Source of the DNA: a virus
Reading direction: 5' to 3' (one strand)
DNA: 64,000 nucleotides
IMG/VR virus record: IMGVR_UViG_3300036402_000045
Location: 1 to 64,000 of that record
The position numbers were made by a program, and so were the translations under genes. Below, piece by piece: positions 27,533 to 36,647 of the stretch. Within the stretch, counting starts at the first letter, position 1. Each line of letters starts with the position of its first letter. Below the pieces are notes generated by a model. It ran no database searches, was not told where the DNA came from, and was given only the letters and a program-made list of their open reading frames with translations.

Positions 27533-27798
27533 TTCTCAAGCCCCTTCAGAAACTCAGTGACAAAAGCGAAACACTCGTCGTCCGTTGCGTCGTCAAACGC
27601 AACCGGCTCTGCTCCGTCTCCATACATGCGCCACCCAACAGCATCGGTGCCGTCGTCATTGGGAACCAATGCAAGAGCAAAGCCGCGAGGATGAAACACA
27701 ACCCGGTTGATGAGCCAAAGCATTCCAAGGCTCCGAAGTTCCTCGAAGGAATGCACCGTCTCTTCGGGAACCGTGTCGAATACGGACTTGCGCGTCAT
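27529..27798 (-). CDS. Conserved phage hypothetical protein
   Basis: LGMLWLINRVVFHPRGFAL motif. Confidence 0.65.
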   Translation of the reverse strand: MTRKSVFDTVPEETVHSFEELRSLGMLWLINRVVFHPRGFALALVPNDDGTDAVGWRMYGDGAEPVAFDDATDDECFAFVTEFLKGLEK

Positions 27799-28055
27799 TT
27801 CAGAATCTCGATCTCGTTGTCGTAGAAGTAGTAGATGTCGTGGAACCCGTTGATGCGGTCCATCAACCAATCGTGAACGGGAATCCGAATCTCCGGACCC
27901 TGCCACGGACAAAGCAGAACCTTGTTCGGGTACTTGTCGGAGTCGTTCTCCAACAGAACGCCCTCAGACCCCTCGAAGAAGCGTCCAGAGGGATCGTTGT
28001 ATGCAACCCGGACCCGAATGGCATCGGGGCTTGCAAGAGCCTCTTCGGGCGTCAC
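27795..28055 (-). CDS. Hypothetical protein
   Basis: ORF track. Confidence 0.55.
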   Translation of the reverse strand: MTPEEALASPDAIRVRVAYNDPSGRFFEGSEGVLLENDSDKYPNKVLLCPWQGPEIRIPVHDWLMDRINGFHDIYYFYDNEIEILK

Positions 28056-29809
28056 AGGAGATCCCGAATGTTCTGGAGCGTGATGCGCTCGATCTGTCGG
28101 CCACCGTCTCGCTCGATGGTCCGGTTGGCAAGCGCCCGCTTGTAGTTCAGGAGCGCTTCGATCCTCTGCTCGATCGTGTCTTCGGCCTGAAGCTCGATGA
28201 CGTTGACCGTCGTGGCAAGAGCCTCCAGGCCACGCAGACCGCCCGCTGCGGAACGCCCGATGGCCTGATCGTTACCTGCCGGTGTCCAACCCTTGTCGGT
28301 GAAGACGACGTAGGTGGCAACGCCAAGGTTGATGGCCTCGCGGTTCGCATCGATGGTTCCGATGTAGAGCTTGCAATCCTCGTCGTTGTTGAACCTTCGG
28401 ATTTCCTCCTGCCGACGACGCAGGTTGATCTCACCGGTGACATACGCCGGGGAATAAGCCTCAAGCTCCCGCTGGATGATGCGGGTTGCCTTGCTCCACT
28501 GGGAGAAGATGATCGCCTTCTCACCGTTGGCGACAAGCTCCCGAACGATGTCCTTCAGTTCGACGATCTTGGCCGAATCCTTCGACCCGCCGTAAAGCTC
28601 CGGAGAGAAGCAAGCCTGCTTCAGCCGGATGATCTGCGGAAGAGCACCGTTGATGTTTCGGATTTCGCCGTTGTCCATGCGAAGGATGAACTCGTCACGG
28701 ATCTCGTTGTAGAGCGCCCGAGCTTCACGGGTCAGTTCGATCACGCGGGGAGCGATGATGACCTTCGGAAGATCCTTGAGCACCTGATCCTTGCGACGAC
28801 GCAGGGAGATGTTCTGAATGAAGTCCCGAAGCTCGCCCATCGGCTCCGGGCGGTAGCCAACCGTGGCACCGCCGTTCTTGATGGAGATCGCGTCCACGAA
28901 CCGGTCGTAGATCGGAAAGTCTTCCGGGTAGAGCTTGTGCAGAACGCTCCAGATCTCTTCCGGACGATTCAGGATCGGCGTGCCCGACATCATCAGCCAA
29001 CGCTTGCCCTCAAGCTGGAAGAAGCCACGCGTGACCTGAGCATCCGGAGTCTTCACCCGATGGTGCTCATCAACCACGATGAAGTCGTACTCGAATCCGA
29101 AAAGCTCTTCGTTGGCGAACTCGTATCCGATGATCTTCTTGTGAACGTTGCCGTCCTCGTAGATCGGCTTGGCCCGGATCGCCTCAAAGTTGACGACGGT
29201 GATCTCGGCCCGCTTCTCGATCTGTGCAGAGCGCTCTGCGCGTGTTCCGTTGACGACCTGAACCTCGAAGTCGAACTTGTCCGTGGCTTCAGATTCCCAG
29301 TTGAACTTCGCGCTGTTCGGGCAGACGACGAGCGTGCGGAACTGCTTGCCCTTCTTCTCGGCCTTCACCGCCATGATGCGGATCGCAGCCAGAAGCATGA
29401 TGGTCTTCCCTAGACCCATCTCGTCATTGAGAAGATCGATCTCTTCCTCCAGGATCTTCCCGACCGCAACCTTCTGGAAGTTGTAGAGCTTGCCTTCGAA
29501 GCCCGGAATCCGAAGCTTCGGAATCGGCATATCCGCAAGCCGCTTCTCTTCGGCTCGCGTTAGCCGTGCGTAGACGCCCTTCGAAAGCTCTGCCATCGGG
29601 AACGCCAACGACAGACGATCGAAGTACCGCATGTTGAACCGGAAGAGCCACTTGCTCAATTCCTGGTCGTACTCCGCAACGGGATCGGTGCCGAGAGGAA
29701 GGATCTCGCGCATGATGACGCTCTGCGCCTCGTACTTCTCGCTGGAGTCACACATCAAGACGATGTGCTTGCCCCTCGGATCGTTCTTCTTCGACAAGGT
29801 GATCTTCAC
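28052..29809 (-). CDS. SNF2-family (SF2) helicase
   Basis: DEMGLGKT, VVDEHH, SGTPILN, IFSQW, QAIGR; leaderless GTG after TTGACG-18-TAGATT (29817-29846). Confidence 0.9.
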   Translation of the reverse strand: MKITLSKKNDPRGKHIVLMCDSSEKYEAQSVIMREILPLGTDPVAEYDQELSKWLFRFNMRYFDRLSLAFPMAELSKGVYARLTRAEEKRLADMPIPKLRIPGFEGKLYNFQKVAVGKILEEEIDLLNDEMGLGKTIMLLAAIRIMAVKAEKKGKQFRTLVVCPNSAKFNWESEATDKFDFEVQVVNGTRAERSAQIEKRAEITVVNFEAIRAKPIYEDGNVHKKIIGYEFANEELFGFEYDFIVVDEHHRVKTPDAQVTRGFFQLEGKRWLMMSGTPILNRPEEIWSVLHKLYPEDFPIYDRFVDAISIKNGGATVGYRPEPMGELRDFIQNISLRRRKDQVLKDLPKVIIAPRVIELTREARALYNEIRDEFILRMDNGEIRNINGALPQIIRLKQACFSPELYGGSKDSAKIVELKDIVRELVANGEKAIIFSQWSKATRIIQRELEAYSPAYVTGEINLRRRQEEIRRFNNDEDCKLYIGTIDANREAINLGVATYVVFTDKGWTPAGNDQAIGRSAAGGLRGLEALATTVNVIELQAEDTIEQRIEALLNYKRALANRTIERDGGRQIERITLQNIRDLL

Positions 29810-29864
29810 AAGCACCAATCTAACAGCTTCGGAATGTTTACGTCAAGCGAATATTCGGAAACCC

Positions 29865-29985
29865 AGAGAGGGTCCGGTCGCCTTTCCCCGTCCGATCCCC
29901 CGCCAAGGGAATCGTGGGTTAGTGAACGCTTGGGGAAAAGCGCAGGCGACCTTGATCTCCGAAAGGCTGGAGACTGACCCTCTCT
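29865..29985 (-). ncRNA. Candidate structured small RNA (about 120 nt)
   Basis: CGTATCA at 29992-29998; 11-bp closing stem 29864-29874/29976-29986; inner stems GGTCGCC/GGCGACC, TTTCCCC/GGGGAAA, TCTCC/GGAGA. Confidence 0.65.
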
Positions 29986-30002
29986 GAGACTTGATACGCA
30001 GA

Positions 30003-30842
30003 TCAGCGAACCTCGGAAGGCGTGATCTCGCTGCGTAGAATCCTCGCTCTGGCCCTCTCGATGCGCTCTGCGGCTGCGCGAGCATCGGCCTCGGCCATCT
30101 GTCGGCGTTGGGCCTCCAGACGCTCACGGCGCTCTCTGGCGATGCGCTCTTCCTCTGCTCGAACAGCCACCACGTTGACATACCGGACCGGTGCCTGAAT
30201 TCGGTACCGCGGGTGCTCCACTTGGCAGAAGTCTGAAGGGCAAGCGCCCTCCGTGCTGCCTTCGGACTGGGCGTTGCAATGAAAGCAACGAGGCGTGAAC
30301 TCGATCGTCACGGCCCGCTGCGGGAAGTGAAGTGAACGCTCCGAGAAGAGCCGATCGCGGCCGATGTCGTGAACGAGCATCAGAAGCTCTTCGGCCATCG
30401 TCACGTACGTCTCTTCCGCATCAGAAGCGAACCGCCGCCACAGCTTCATCTCACCGCGACGCGTGATGTAGGCAAACGCCTTGTAACGCCCATCGATGTA
30501 GCGCTTGAGCACACGCTGACCCGTGAGATCGCCCGACGTAACGAGATGCACGTTGTAGCGGTGAGTTTCGGAAATCCCCGTAACCTCGTAGACGCCATTG
30601 GGAACGTTCCAGCCATCGAACTCTGTCGCCACGTCATCGATGGAACGACCGGCAAGCTGCGTTGCCAGAGCCTCGACCGCTGCCGTCTGCTCCACGGTAA
30701 GGGTCAAGCTCGATCCGAGAACGTCGGAGTACCGCTGCATGTCTGCATGAAAGCGAACAGCCGGATCACTCAGGATCGAGACAACCTGCGGGAACGCAGA
30801 GAACCACGCGGGATCGAGGTTGGTGATGTTGTAGGTCGGCAT
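30003..30842 (-). CDS. Hypothetical protein with Zn ribbon (leaderless)
   Basis: Promoter TTGACT-17-TAGGAT 30849-30877; CFHC...C...C. Confidence 0.65.
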   Translation of the reverse strand: MPTYNITNLDPAWFSAFPQVVSILSDPAVRFHADMQRYSDVLGSSLTLTVEQTAAVEALATQLAGRSIDDVATEFDGWNVPNGVYEVTGISETHRYNVHLVTSGDLTGQRVLKRYIDGRYKAFAYITRRGEMKLWRRFASDAEETYVTMAEELLMLVHDIGRDRLFSERSLHFPQRAVTIEFTPRCFHCNAQSEGSTEGACPSDFCQVEHPRYRIQAPVRYVNVVAVRAEEERIARERRERLEAQRRQMAEADARAAAERIERARARILRSEITPSEVR

Positions 30843-30903
30843 ACAGAGATCCTAAGGGATAAACATTCCGAAGTCAAGACGGAGATTGCTAAGCGGCAGA
30901 TTT

Positions 30904-31302
30904 TCAGCGATCGGAATAGAGGCTGTTGTGAGCCTTCACCCAATCACCATCAGCGATGAGCTTGCCACGGGGCTTACCGAGGTAGTGCCACGCAGAGCAC
31001 TTGATCTCGGTGCCTCTGATCGGGTCGTGAGCAACCACGTCCCAAAGGGCATAGCCCGCACCGCGCTCCATACGGTCGATGCTCTTCCACGACGGACTGT
31101 TGTGTCGGAACGTCAGGACATCGCCGGTGATGGTGCCCGACTGATCGAGCTTGGCGACTGGGTAGCTGCCGAACTCAGAGACGAAGTAGATCTTCCCCTC
31201 GATGGTGCAGTTCGGAATGATGTCCTCGTAGCCACCACGGTCGTTCCACGCGTTCGGTCGGAGCGTTCCGTACACGAAGCAGGAGATGAGATGGTCGCTC
31301 AC
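30904..31302 (-). CDS. Gamma-glutamylcyclotransferase (GGCT/AIG2-like)
   Basis: FVYGTLR, SYP, IDRME..Y, IADGDW. Confidence 0.85.
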   Translation of the reverse strand: MSDHLISCFVYGTLRPNAWNDRGGYEDIIPNCTIEGKIYFVSEFGSYPVAKLDQSGTITGDVLTFRHNSPSWKSIDRMERGAGYALWDVVAHDPIRGTEIKCSAWHYLGKPRGKLIADGDWVKAHNSLYSDR

Positions 31303-31814
31303 TTCTGAGCCGCCTTTTCGAACAGGTCGATGATGACCGCAACATCGAAGGTGACGGTGTTGCCTTCGTTGCCTTGGAAGAAGGTGTAGTTCTCGTCTTC
31401 GACCAGACGAGTACCCGTGAGCGTCAGAACTTTCCGCTCAAACTTGATCCGCTGACTCTCTGATTCGATCCGCTTCAGAAGGTACTCTCTTTCGGAATCA
31501 AGCTGTTCTTGAACCCGCTCACGGAACCGCTCCGTCATCGGTGACAACGACTGGGGATGAGCAAGAACAGGAACCCACGTCATGTTGTGGACGTTGAACG
31601 CCGCAAGAGCGACCTTCGTGGCTTGGCGCTGGACGCCGTACTCATCGGTGTAGCGCCCCTTCTTGTCGGCCTTGACGTACTCCTTCGTCTTGGCGTCCCG
31701 ATACCAACGCTCGATGTCAAGAACGAGCGACAGGAACGGACGAGAGGACGAGTACCGACCACCGGGTCGGGAGTAGATGACCTCCCGACCCTGCTCGATC
31801 TCCGAAAGCTTCAT
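31299..31814 (-). CDS. Hypothetical protein
   Basis: ORF track, coupled. Confidence 0.6.
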   Translation of the reverse strand: MKLSEIEQGREVIYSRPGGRYSSSRPFLSLVLDIERWYRDAKTKEYVKADKKGRYTDEYGVQRQATKVALAAFNVHNMTWVPVLAHPQSLSPMTERFRERVQEQLDSEREYLLKRIESESQRIKFERKVLTLTGTRLVEDENYTFFQGNEGNTVTFDVAVIIDLFEKAAQK

Positions 31815-32680
31815 GCCTGCACCCCAGCGGCACGCAGAGCGGCCTCAAGAGCGTCACGGGACATCGTTCCCCGACCGGCGATGTTGTGCGTTGCGGCAAG
31901 CCGACGAAGGGCGTCACGGTTCAAACCGGAAAGCCCGTCGTCGTCGGAACCAACGATCGCCCGCATGATGCCTTGTGCCTCGGCAAGCTCGTCATCGGTG
32001 TATTCCCGCTCTTCGCCGTCCTCGTCGTCCTCGATCTCGCCTGAGAGCATGGCGTTGATCTCATCGATCCCCTGCGCGGCCTCGTCCTCGATCAGAGCAT
32101 CGACGTAATCGGCAACCGCCGCCATCGTCGTGTCGGACGGAACCTCTTCGACCACCAGACGGCCCGAGATGTTGTCGGCGCGTCCTTCGGAAACCAGCGC
32201 GTCCCATGTCTCCTGCGTGTAGATGGCGCGGGCCACGACACCGGGGATGCGGCCCTCACGAACCCGAGCACGGAACATCGTCGGCTTGGCGGCGTAGAAG
32301 AGCGAGCACGCCCAAGCGAACGAGTCCAGGCGAGAACCCGTCGAAGCGTTGATGTGCTGGCGCAGGCCCGTGAACAGATCGATCACGGTGAACCGCTTCA
32401 GCGTCAGCGTTCCCGGCGTGTTCGCAGCGGACAGGCTCATGCGCTGGCCCGGTCGATAGCTGTACCGCTGCCAGATGTGACCGGCGACGTGGATCGTCGG
32501 CACCGGCAGCGACCGGTACGACTCACAGATCGCCGTGACCATCGGCATGACGGCCTCGATCTTCTCGGCGTCCGTCTCCAGACGCCACGGCTTCGCCTCG
32601 AAGAGAGCGACAGCGGCAGCAACCGCATCCTCTCGGATCTCTCGGTACTTCAGGTGTGGCCGCTGAACGGTCATCGGCAT
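31811..32680 (-). CDS. Hypothetical protein with acidic linker and C-terminal Rho_N-like domain
   Basis: LSGLNRDALRRLAATHNIAGRGTMSRDALEAAL; promoter 32713-32741. Confidence 0.65.
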   Translation of the reverse strand: MPMTVQRPHLKYREIREDAVAAAVALFEAKPWRLETDAEKIEAVMPMVTAICESYRSLPVPTIHVAGHIWQRYSYRPGQRMSLSAANTPGTLTLKRFTVIDLFTGLRQHINASTGSRLDSFAWACSLFYAAKPTMFRARVREGRIPGVVARAIYTQETWDALVSEGRADNISGRLVVEEVPSDTTMAAVADYVDALIEDEAAQGIDEINAMLSGEIEDDEDGEEREYTDDELAEAQGIMRAIVGSDDDGLSGLNRDALRRLAATHNIAGRGTMSRDALEAALRAAGVQA

Positions 32681-32750
32681 TGCGCTCCCTTTCGGTTGTA
32701 GTCGTCGTGCTGAGTATGGATCGGAATGTTTCCGATGTCAAGAAGGTTTC

Positions 32751-33242
32751 TCATGCATCCTCGGTTTCCTTGTCACCAACCAGAAATCTCGGACCATTGA
32801 CAGAGACGATCGCCCAACGGAACCAAAGCACCGTCTCGCAATCCCATCCGTAGAGATCGTGAGGCTGTGAGTGGCGCGTACGCCACTGACCCTCTTCGGT
32901 CAGGTGCATACCGTCGTACTCCCGAGCCATCGCTTCGAAGTCAAGACCGGTGGTATACCGATCCCCCACGCCGAACCGCTTGTGCAGATCATTGAGATCC
33001 GCAACGGTGTCAACGACAGCGAGGTTCGGGTTGTCGATCGTCTCCAGATCCCAGAGCGTGAACGGCGGTCCACCGAATTTTTCGGAAACACACCAGTCAA
33101 CCCAATGGCTCTCGTTGGTCGGATGAGGGGGAGAAGTCCACAACCCACCACTGAGCGGCTTCTTCCACGGATGCGTGCAATTCACGATCGGCTTGAACGA
33201 CTGATAACGAGGCTTCTTCACGCCTTGGAAGATGACCTTCAC
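32751..33242 (-). CDS. Conserved phage protein, possible ADP-ribosyltransferase-like fold
   Basis: KPLSGGLWTS, DFEAMAREYDG, YGWDCET; fold is inference only. Confidence 0.5.
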   Translation of the reverse strand: MKVIFQGVKKPRYQSFKPIVNCTHPWKKPLSGGLWTSPPHPTNESHWVDWCVSEKFGGPPFTLWDLETIDNPNLAVVDTVADLNDLHKRFGVGDRYTTGLDFEAMAREYDGMHLTEEGQWRTRHSQPHDLYGWDCETVLWFRWAIVSVNGPRFLVGDKETEDA

Positions 33243-34201
33243 TGATCCGCCTTGCGCTTCTGCGGCTGGCCGTCAGGGAAGAGACGCTTCTGCGCCCTCT
33301 CGTCCTGCCTGCGCTCCAGATAGGCACGGATGGCGGCGTCCCTGCCCATCCCGTATTCGAAGCCCGTAGAGACAGCCACAGGCCGTGTCGGTGACGTTGC
33401 AGAACCCGTTCCCCGGTAAGACGGATCGGTTCCGAACCTCACCGCGATCTCTGCGGCGGTCAACACCTTCGGACGAGGACGAGGCCGGAACGTCTTCCGC
33501 TCCACGATGTCACCGTACGAAACGGCAAGCACCCGATCTTCGGAAACCGTCGAGAACTTCGTGAAGACGATATCCGGCTCAAGCTGAAGCAGAGCTTCCT
33601 TGTCCGAGGCCCAGATCAGGTTCCCGCGGTCGGTCCACCCGAGCGTCAACTGACGGCCCGTGCTCCGAGCGATGTAGATCGTGTCGGGTTCCGTGATCCG
33701 GCTGTAGACCGCAACCATCGCGCCCTTGATCTTCCGAAGCCCCTTGATGTGGCCCCACTTGTTGACCGCAGCGAAGATGGCCTCGGAGTCAACCTCGGTC
33801 TTCGGATCTTCCCGACCCGTCACGTCCAGAATCTCTTCGAAGTTCGTGAGAACGCCGTTGTGAACGCCCACGATGTCACCGTGCGGGATCGGATGGTTGT
33901 TCCGCACGTCAGCGGGATCACCGTTGGTGGCCCAGCGCGTGTGGCCGATGACCCAGTAGGCGTCATCCGAGACGTTCTTCAGAATGTTCTCCAGAGCGCT
34001 GTTCGTGTCACAGCGACCGGGGAACTTGGCCCACGTCACGTCGGGCTTCGTCGGATCGGTGTCCTTGTTCGGAACCCACTGTGCCCACCCGTAAGCGTGC
34101 GGTCCCTGTCGGACCAGAGCAGGGAAGAGGATGGCGGCGATCTGCGCCGTGCTCAGATCCTCTTCGTTCTCGTTGTATGAGATTCCCCAAATTCTGCACA
34201 T
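33239..34201 (-). CDS. Class II (Ntn) glutamine amidotransferase
   Basis: N-terminal Cys (MCRIWG), GHTRWAT, NNHP, HNG, DSE. Confidence 0.9.
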   Translation of the reverse strand: MCRIWGISYNENEEDLSTAQIAAILFPALVRQGPHAYGWAQWVPNKDTDPTKPDVTWAKFPGRCDTNSALENILKNVSDDAYWVIGHTRWATNGDPADVRNNHPIPHGDIVGVHNGVLTNFEEILDVTGREDPKTEVDSEAIFAAVNKWGHIKGLRKIKGAMVAVYSRITEPDTIYIARSTGRQLTLGWTDRGNLIWASDKEALLQLEPDIVFTKFSTVSEDRVLAVSYGDIVERKTFRPRPRPKVLTAAEIAVRFGTDPSYRGTGSATSPTRPVAVSTGFEYGMGRDAAIRAYLERRQDERAQKRLFPDGQPQKRKADQ

Positions 34202-34229
34202 CGGCTATCGCCTTCCTCTCTCGTAGTTG

Positions 34230-34258
34230 ATTGAATCATGCTTCGGAATGTTTGTCAA
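34230..34258 (-). promoter_or_regulatory. Early promoter with TTCCGAA in spacer
   Basis: TTGACA-17-TTCAAT. Confidence 0.6.
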
Positions 34259-34259
34259 C

Positions 34260-34496
34260 TCAGTCATCGTCAAGCGCGTTTTCGCAAACCGCCTGAATCG
34301 TGATGATCGCCGTCCTGAGTCCGTCCACGTCATCAAGAGACGTAGCTGCCGCCATTCCGATTGCGTGGACGTATCGCTCCCACTTATCGCTTGCGACCTT
34401 GGCGCACTCGACCGGGATATCCAGCTTCTCTCCCCGGCTTGCGCGGACCTGCACAGCAATGGCCGCTTCCTCTGCTTGCTCGCGAGCGCCCATCAC
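34260..34496 (-). CDS. Hypothetical protein
   Basis: ORF track. Confidence 0.5.
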   Translation of the reverse strand: MMGAREQAEEAAIAVQVRASRGEKLDIPVECAKVASDKWERYVHAIGMAAATSLDDVDGLRTAIITIQAVCENALDDD

Positions 34497-34753
34497 ATGC
34501 CCCTTACTCGTTCTGCGTTGGCAACTGCGTGCGCCACGATGTCGGGCGCGGCTTGAGCCGAGATGACGTTGAGCAGATTGTCAACGACATCACACAACGA
34601 GAGGATCGTGGCCTTCTGATCCTCAACGATCGGCTCCCAAATATCACAAGCGTCCTTCGCTGCTTGTCTCCGAGCGCAGATGTGAAGTGGATGCCTGTCG
34701 TCGCACGCCGACGAACAAGCTCCCGCCATGACCGTCTCTCGGACGCTCATCAT
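34493..34753 (-). CDS. Hypothetical protein
   Basis: MMSVRET, ATGA overlap. Confidence 0.5.
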   Translation of the reverse strand: MMSVRETVMAGACSSACDDRHPLHICARRQAAKDACDIWEPIVEDQKATILSLCDVVDNLLNVISAQAAPDIVAHAVANAERVRGM

Positions 34754-35688
34754 GCACCCACGAACCGACGCTGAGGCTTGGAGTCCTTCCAGAGAACCCG
34801 CAGGTTCTTCCAGTCCTCCTTTGACATGACCCGCTTCGTGTCCTTCGAGTCGGTCGTAAGGATCTGCTGGAGACGCAGGAGCACGGCGTTTTCGGAAACC
34901 GTTCCCTGCTCCATCGAACCGAGCCTGTAGCTCTTCGCAACCGACCGGCTGTAGCCGTTGCGGGCATCGTCCACGATCGCCATGCACAGAGCGAGGTAGG
35001 TCTGAACCCGACGAGGGTTGACGCTGCCGTTGAACACTCTGAACTCAACCGTGCCGTGGACCCAGTAGGAGCGGTAGTTGACGGCGTAGTAGCGGTCCAG
35101 GCTGTTCGCCCACGCCCGTCCGTAACGGCTGTGCCTTCCGCTCTGGCCGAGGACGCCACGCCCGTTGGCGGTGTGACCGTCCCAAACGTTCTTCAGTTCC
35201 TCGATGGTCCGCACCTTCATAATCTCGCGGGCCGTCGCCTCCGGAACCGGCTTGCAGTACGTCGAAGCTCCGGTGCGGATCGTGTTCCAACCGCTCGAAG
35301 CGATGCGGTAGATCGCGTCCTCGAACTTGTAGAAGAACCGAGCAATCGCCGCCATCTGCTTTCCGGTCAGCGGAGTGCCGTCGTAGTTCTTCGCCTCGAT
35401 GTGAACGTGGATGCCCGTCGCTTGTGAAGGCCGCATCCCGGCGTCCTGGAGAGCCTGAACCGCCGTGGTGACTTGCGCCCGTTGCGCCGGATCATCGAAG
35501 TCCAGCGGAGGGGAAACAAGCTCACCACCGCGGCTCACGGAACCGTCGTACTTCATCATCCAATCGGTCGGATCGTTTCCGGTGTGGCGACGACGCTCAT
35601 CCTTGACGCCAAGACCAGCGGCACGAAGCGAAGCAATCGCATCGTCCATGTCACCCTCGAACTCGATCTCGATTCCGAAACGTCGCAT
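34750..35688 (-). CDS. Amidoligase (COOH-NH2 ligase, Amidoligase_2 type)
   Basis: FGIEIE, DGS, ELVSPPL, TGIHVH, RYYAVN, TVEFR. Confidence 0.9.
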   Translation of the reverse strand: MRRFGIEIEFEGDMDDAIASLRAAGLGVKDERRRHTGNDPTDWMMKYDGSVSRGGELVSPPLDFDDPAQRAQVTTAVQALQDAGMRPSQATGIHVHIEAKNYDGTPLTGKQMAAIARFFYKFEDAIYRIASSGWNTIRTGASTYCKPVPEATAREIMKVRTIEELKNVWDGHTANGRGVLGQSGRHSRYGRAWANSLDRYYAVNYRSYWVHGTVEFRVFNGSVNPRRVQTYLALCMAIVDDARNGYSRSVAKSYRLGSMEQGTVSENAVLLRLQQILTTDSKDTKRVMSKEDWKNLRVLWKDSKPQRRFVGA

Positions 35689-35797
35689 TGGCTCCCTTGC
35701 CTGTCCTTGTCGGCTCGTCCCGACAACCTCATTGAATCAGAATGTTTCGGTGGTGTCAACCGATTTCCGAAAGTTTCTCGGTCCTCTTGTTGATACG

Positions 35798-35896
35798 TCA
35801 GACGCGCTCGCGGTGGTTTTTCCACCACTCCCGAACCAAGACAGATCCAATGCTTCCAATCCCCCATCCGAACATCACCAACAGGATCTCCCGCAT
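35798..35896 (-). CDS. Small membrane peptide (32 aa)
   Basis: MREILLVMFGWGIGSIGSVLVREWW..., TGATG coupling. Confidence 0.45.
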   Translation of the reverse strand: MREILLVMFGWGIGSIGSVLVREWWKNHRERV

Positions 35897-36123
35897 CACG
35901 CGGTCACTTCCTCGAACTCATAGCAACCCTTCAGAAATCGGGAGACGGCAGCGCCGACTGATCCGACCGGGTTGGCGGCGACCTGCGAGATGTTGAGGAA
36001 CACGGACTCTGGAACATCGGCGTACCGATAGACCCGTCCATTGGCGAACGTGACGACGCAATCGGTCCCGTCATACTCGATGACCTGCACGCTGGAACTG
36101 TTGGCGACGGTGATGGTGGGCAT
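35896..36123 (-). CDS. KTSC domain protein
   Basis: SSSVQVIEYD, VTFANGRVYRYADVP, SVG. Confidence 0.8.
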   Translation of the reverse strand: MPTITVANSSSVQVIEYDGTDCVVTFANGRVYRYADVPESVFLNISQVAANPVGSVGAAVSRFLKGCYEFEEVTA

Positions 36124-36143
36124 AGCGACCTTTCGGAAAGTGG

Positions 36144-36455
36144 TTAGAAGGAGTAGTCGTGGAACTTGTGGCGACCAGGCACCAAACGGGTTCCGGTGTG
36201 CATGGACTGACCGCGCTGGACCCACTTGCCGTTCGAGCGCAGCGTGAAGATGATCTTGCGACCGTTCTCGTCTCGCTCATAGCTGTAGCTCTGGTCTTCG
36301 CTCATCCCGTGCGTGTCGGTTCGAGTGGCGGTGTCCTGCTGCCACGTCACGGACTTGCGAGAGGGAGAAGCGCCCACGATGGTTCCGGCGTGACGGTCGG
36401 ACCACATGCAGATCGTTGCGCCTTCCCCGATCACGAAGCTCTGAAGGGTTTCCAT
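36144..36455 (-). CDS. Conserved phage hypothetical protein (leaderless)
   Basis: GEGAT..WSDRHAGTI...RHKFHDYSF; promoter 36462-36490. Confidence 0.65.
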   Translation of the reverse strand: METLQSFVIGEGATICMWSDRHAGTIVGASPSRKSVTWQQDTATRTDTHGMSEDQSYSYERDENGRKIIFTLRSNGKWVQRGQSMHTGTRLVPGRHKFHDYSF

Positions 36456-36522
36456 GCCCTCAGTCAACATCACTTCAGAATGTTTGTCAACAGGAAATCT
36501 CACGGAACGTTCGGAAGGTCGG

Positions 36523-36647
36523 CGTATCATCCGAACATGACGAAAGAGGCAGCCATGTAACCGCCGCCCGAAAGGGCGGATTTCCTCTCAGTAGTCAACG
36601 AAGGGCAGGCGACTTGGGTGCCACTCAATCCCTGCCCTTCGTCGCGT
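36523..36647 (+). ncRNA. CGTATCA-driven short structured transcript (candidate)
   Basis: CGTATCA 36523-36529; CCGCCC-GAAA-GGGCGG hairpin; GAAGGGCAGG/CCTGCCCTTC hairpin with CGCGT tail; only a 7-codon ORF. Confidence 0.4.
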
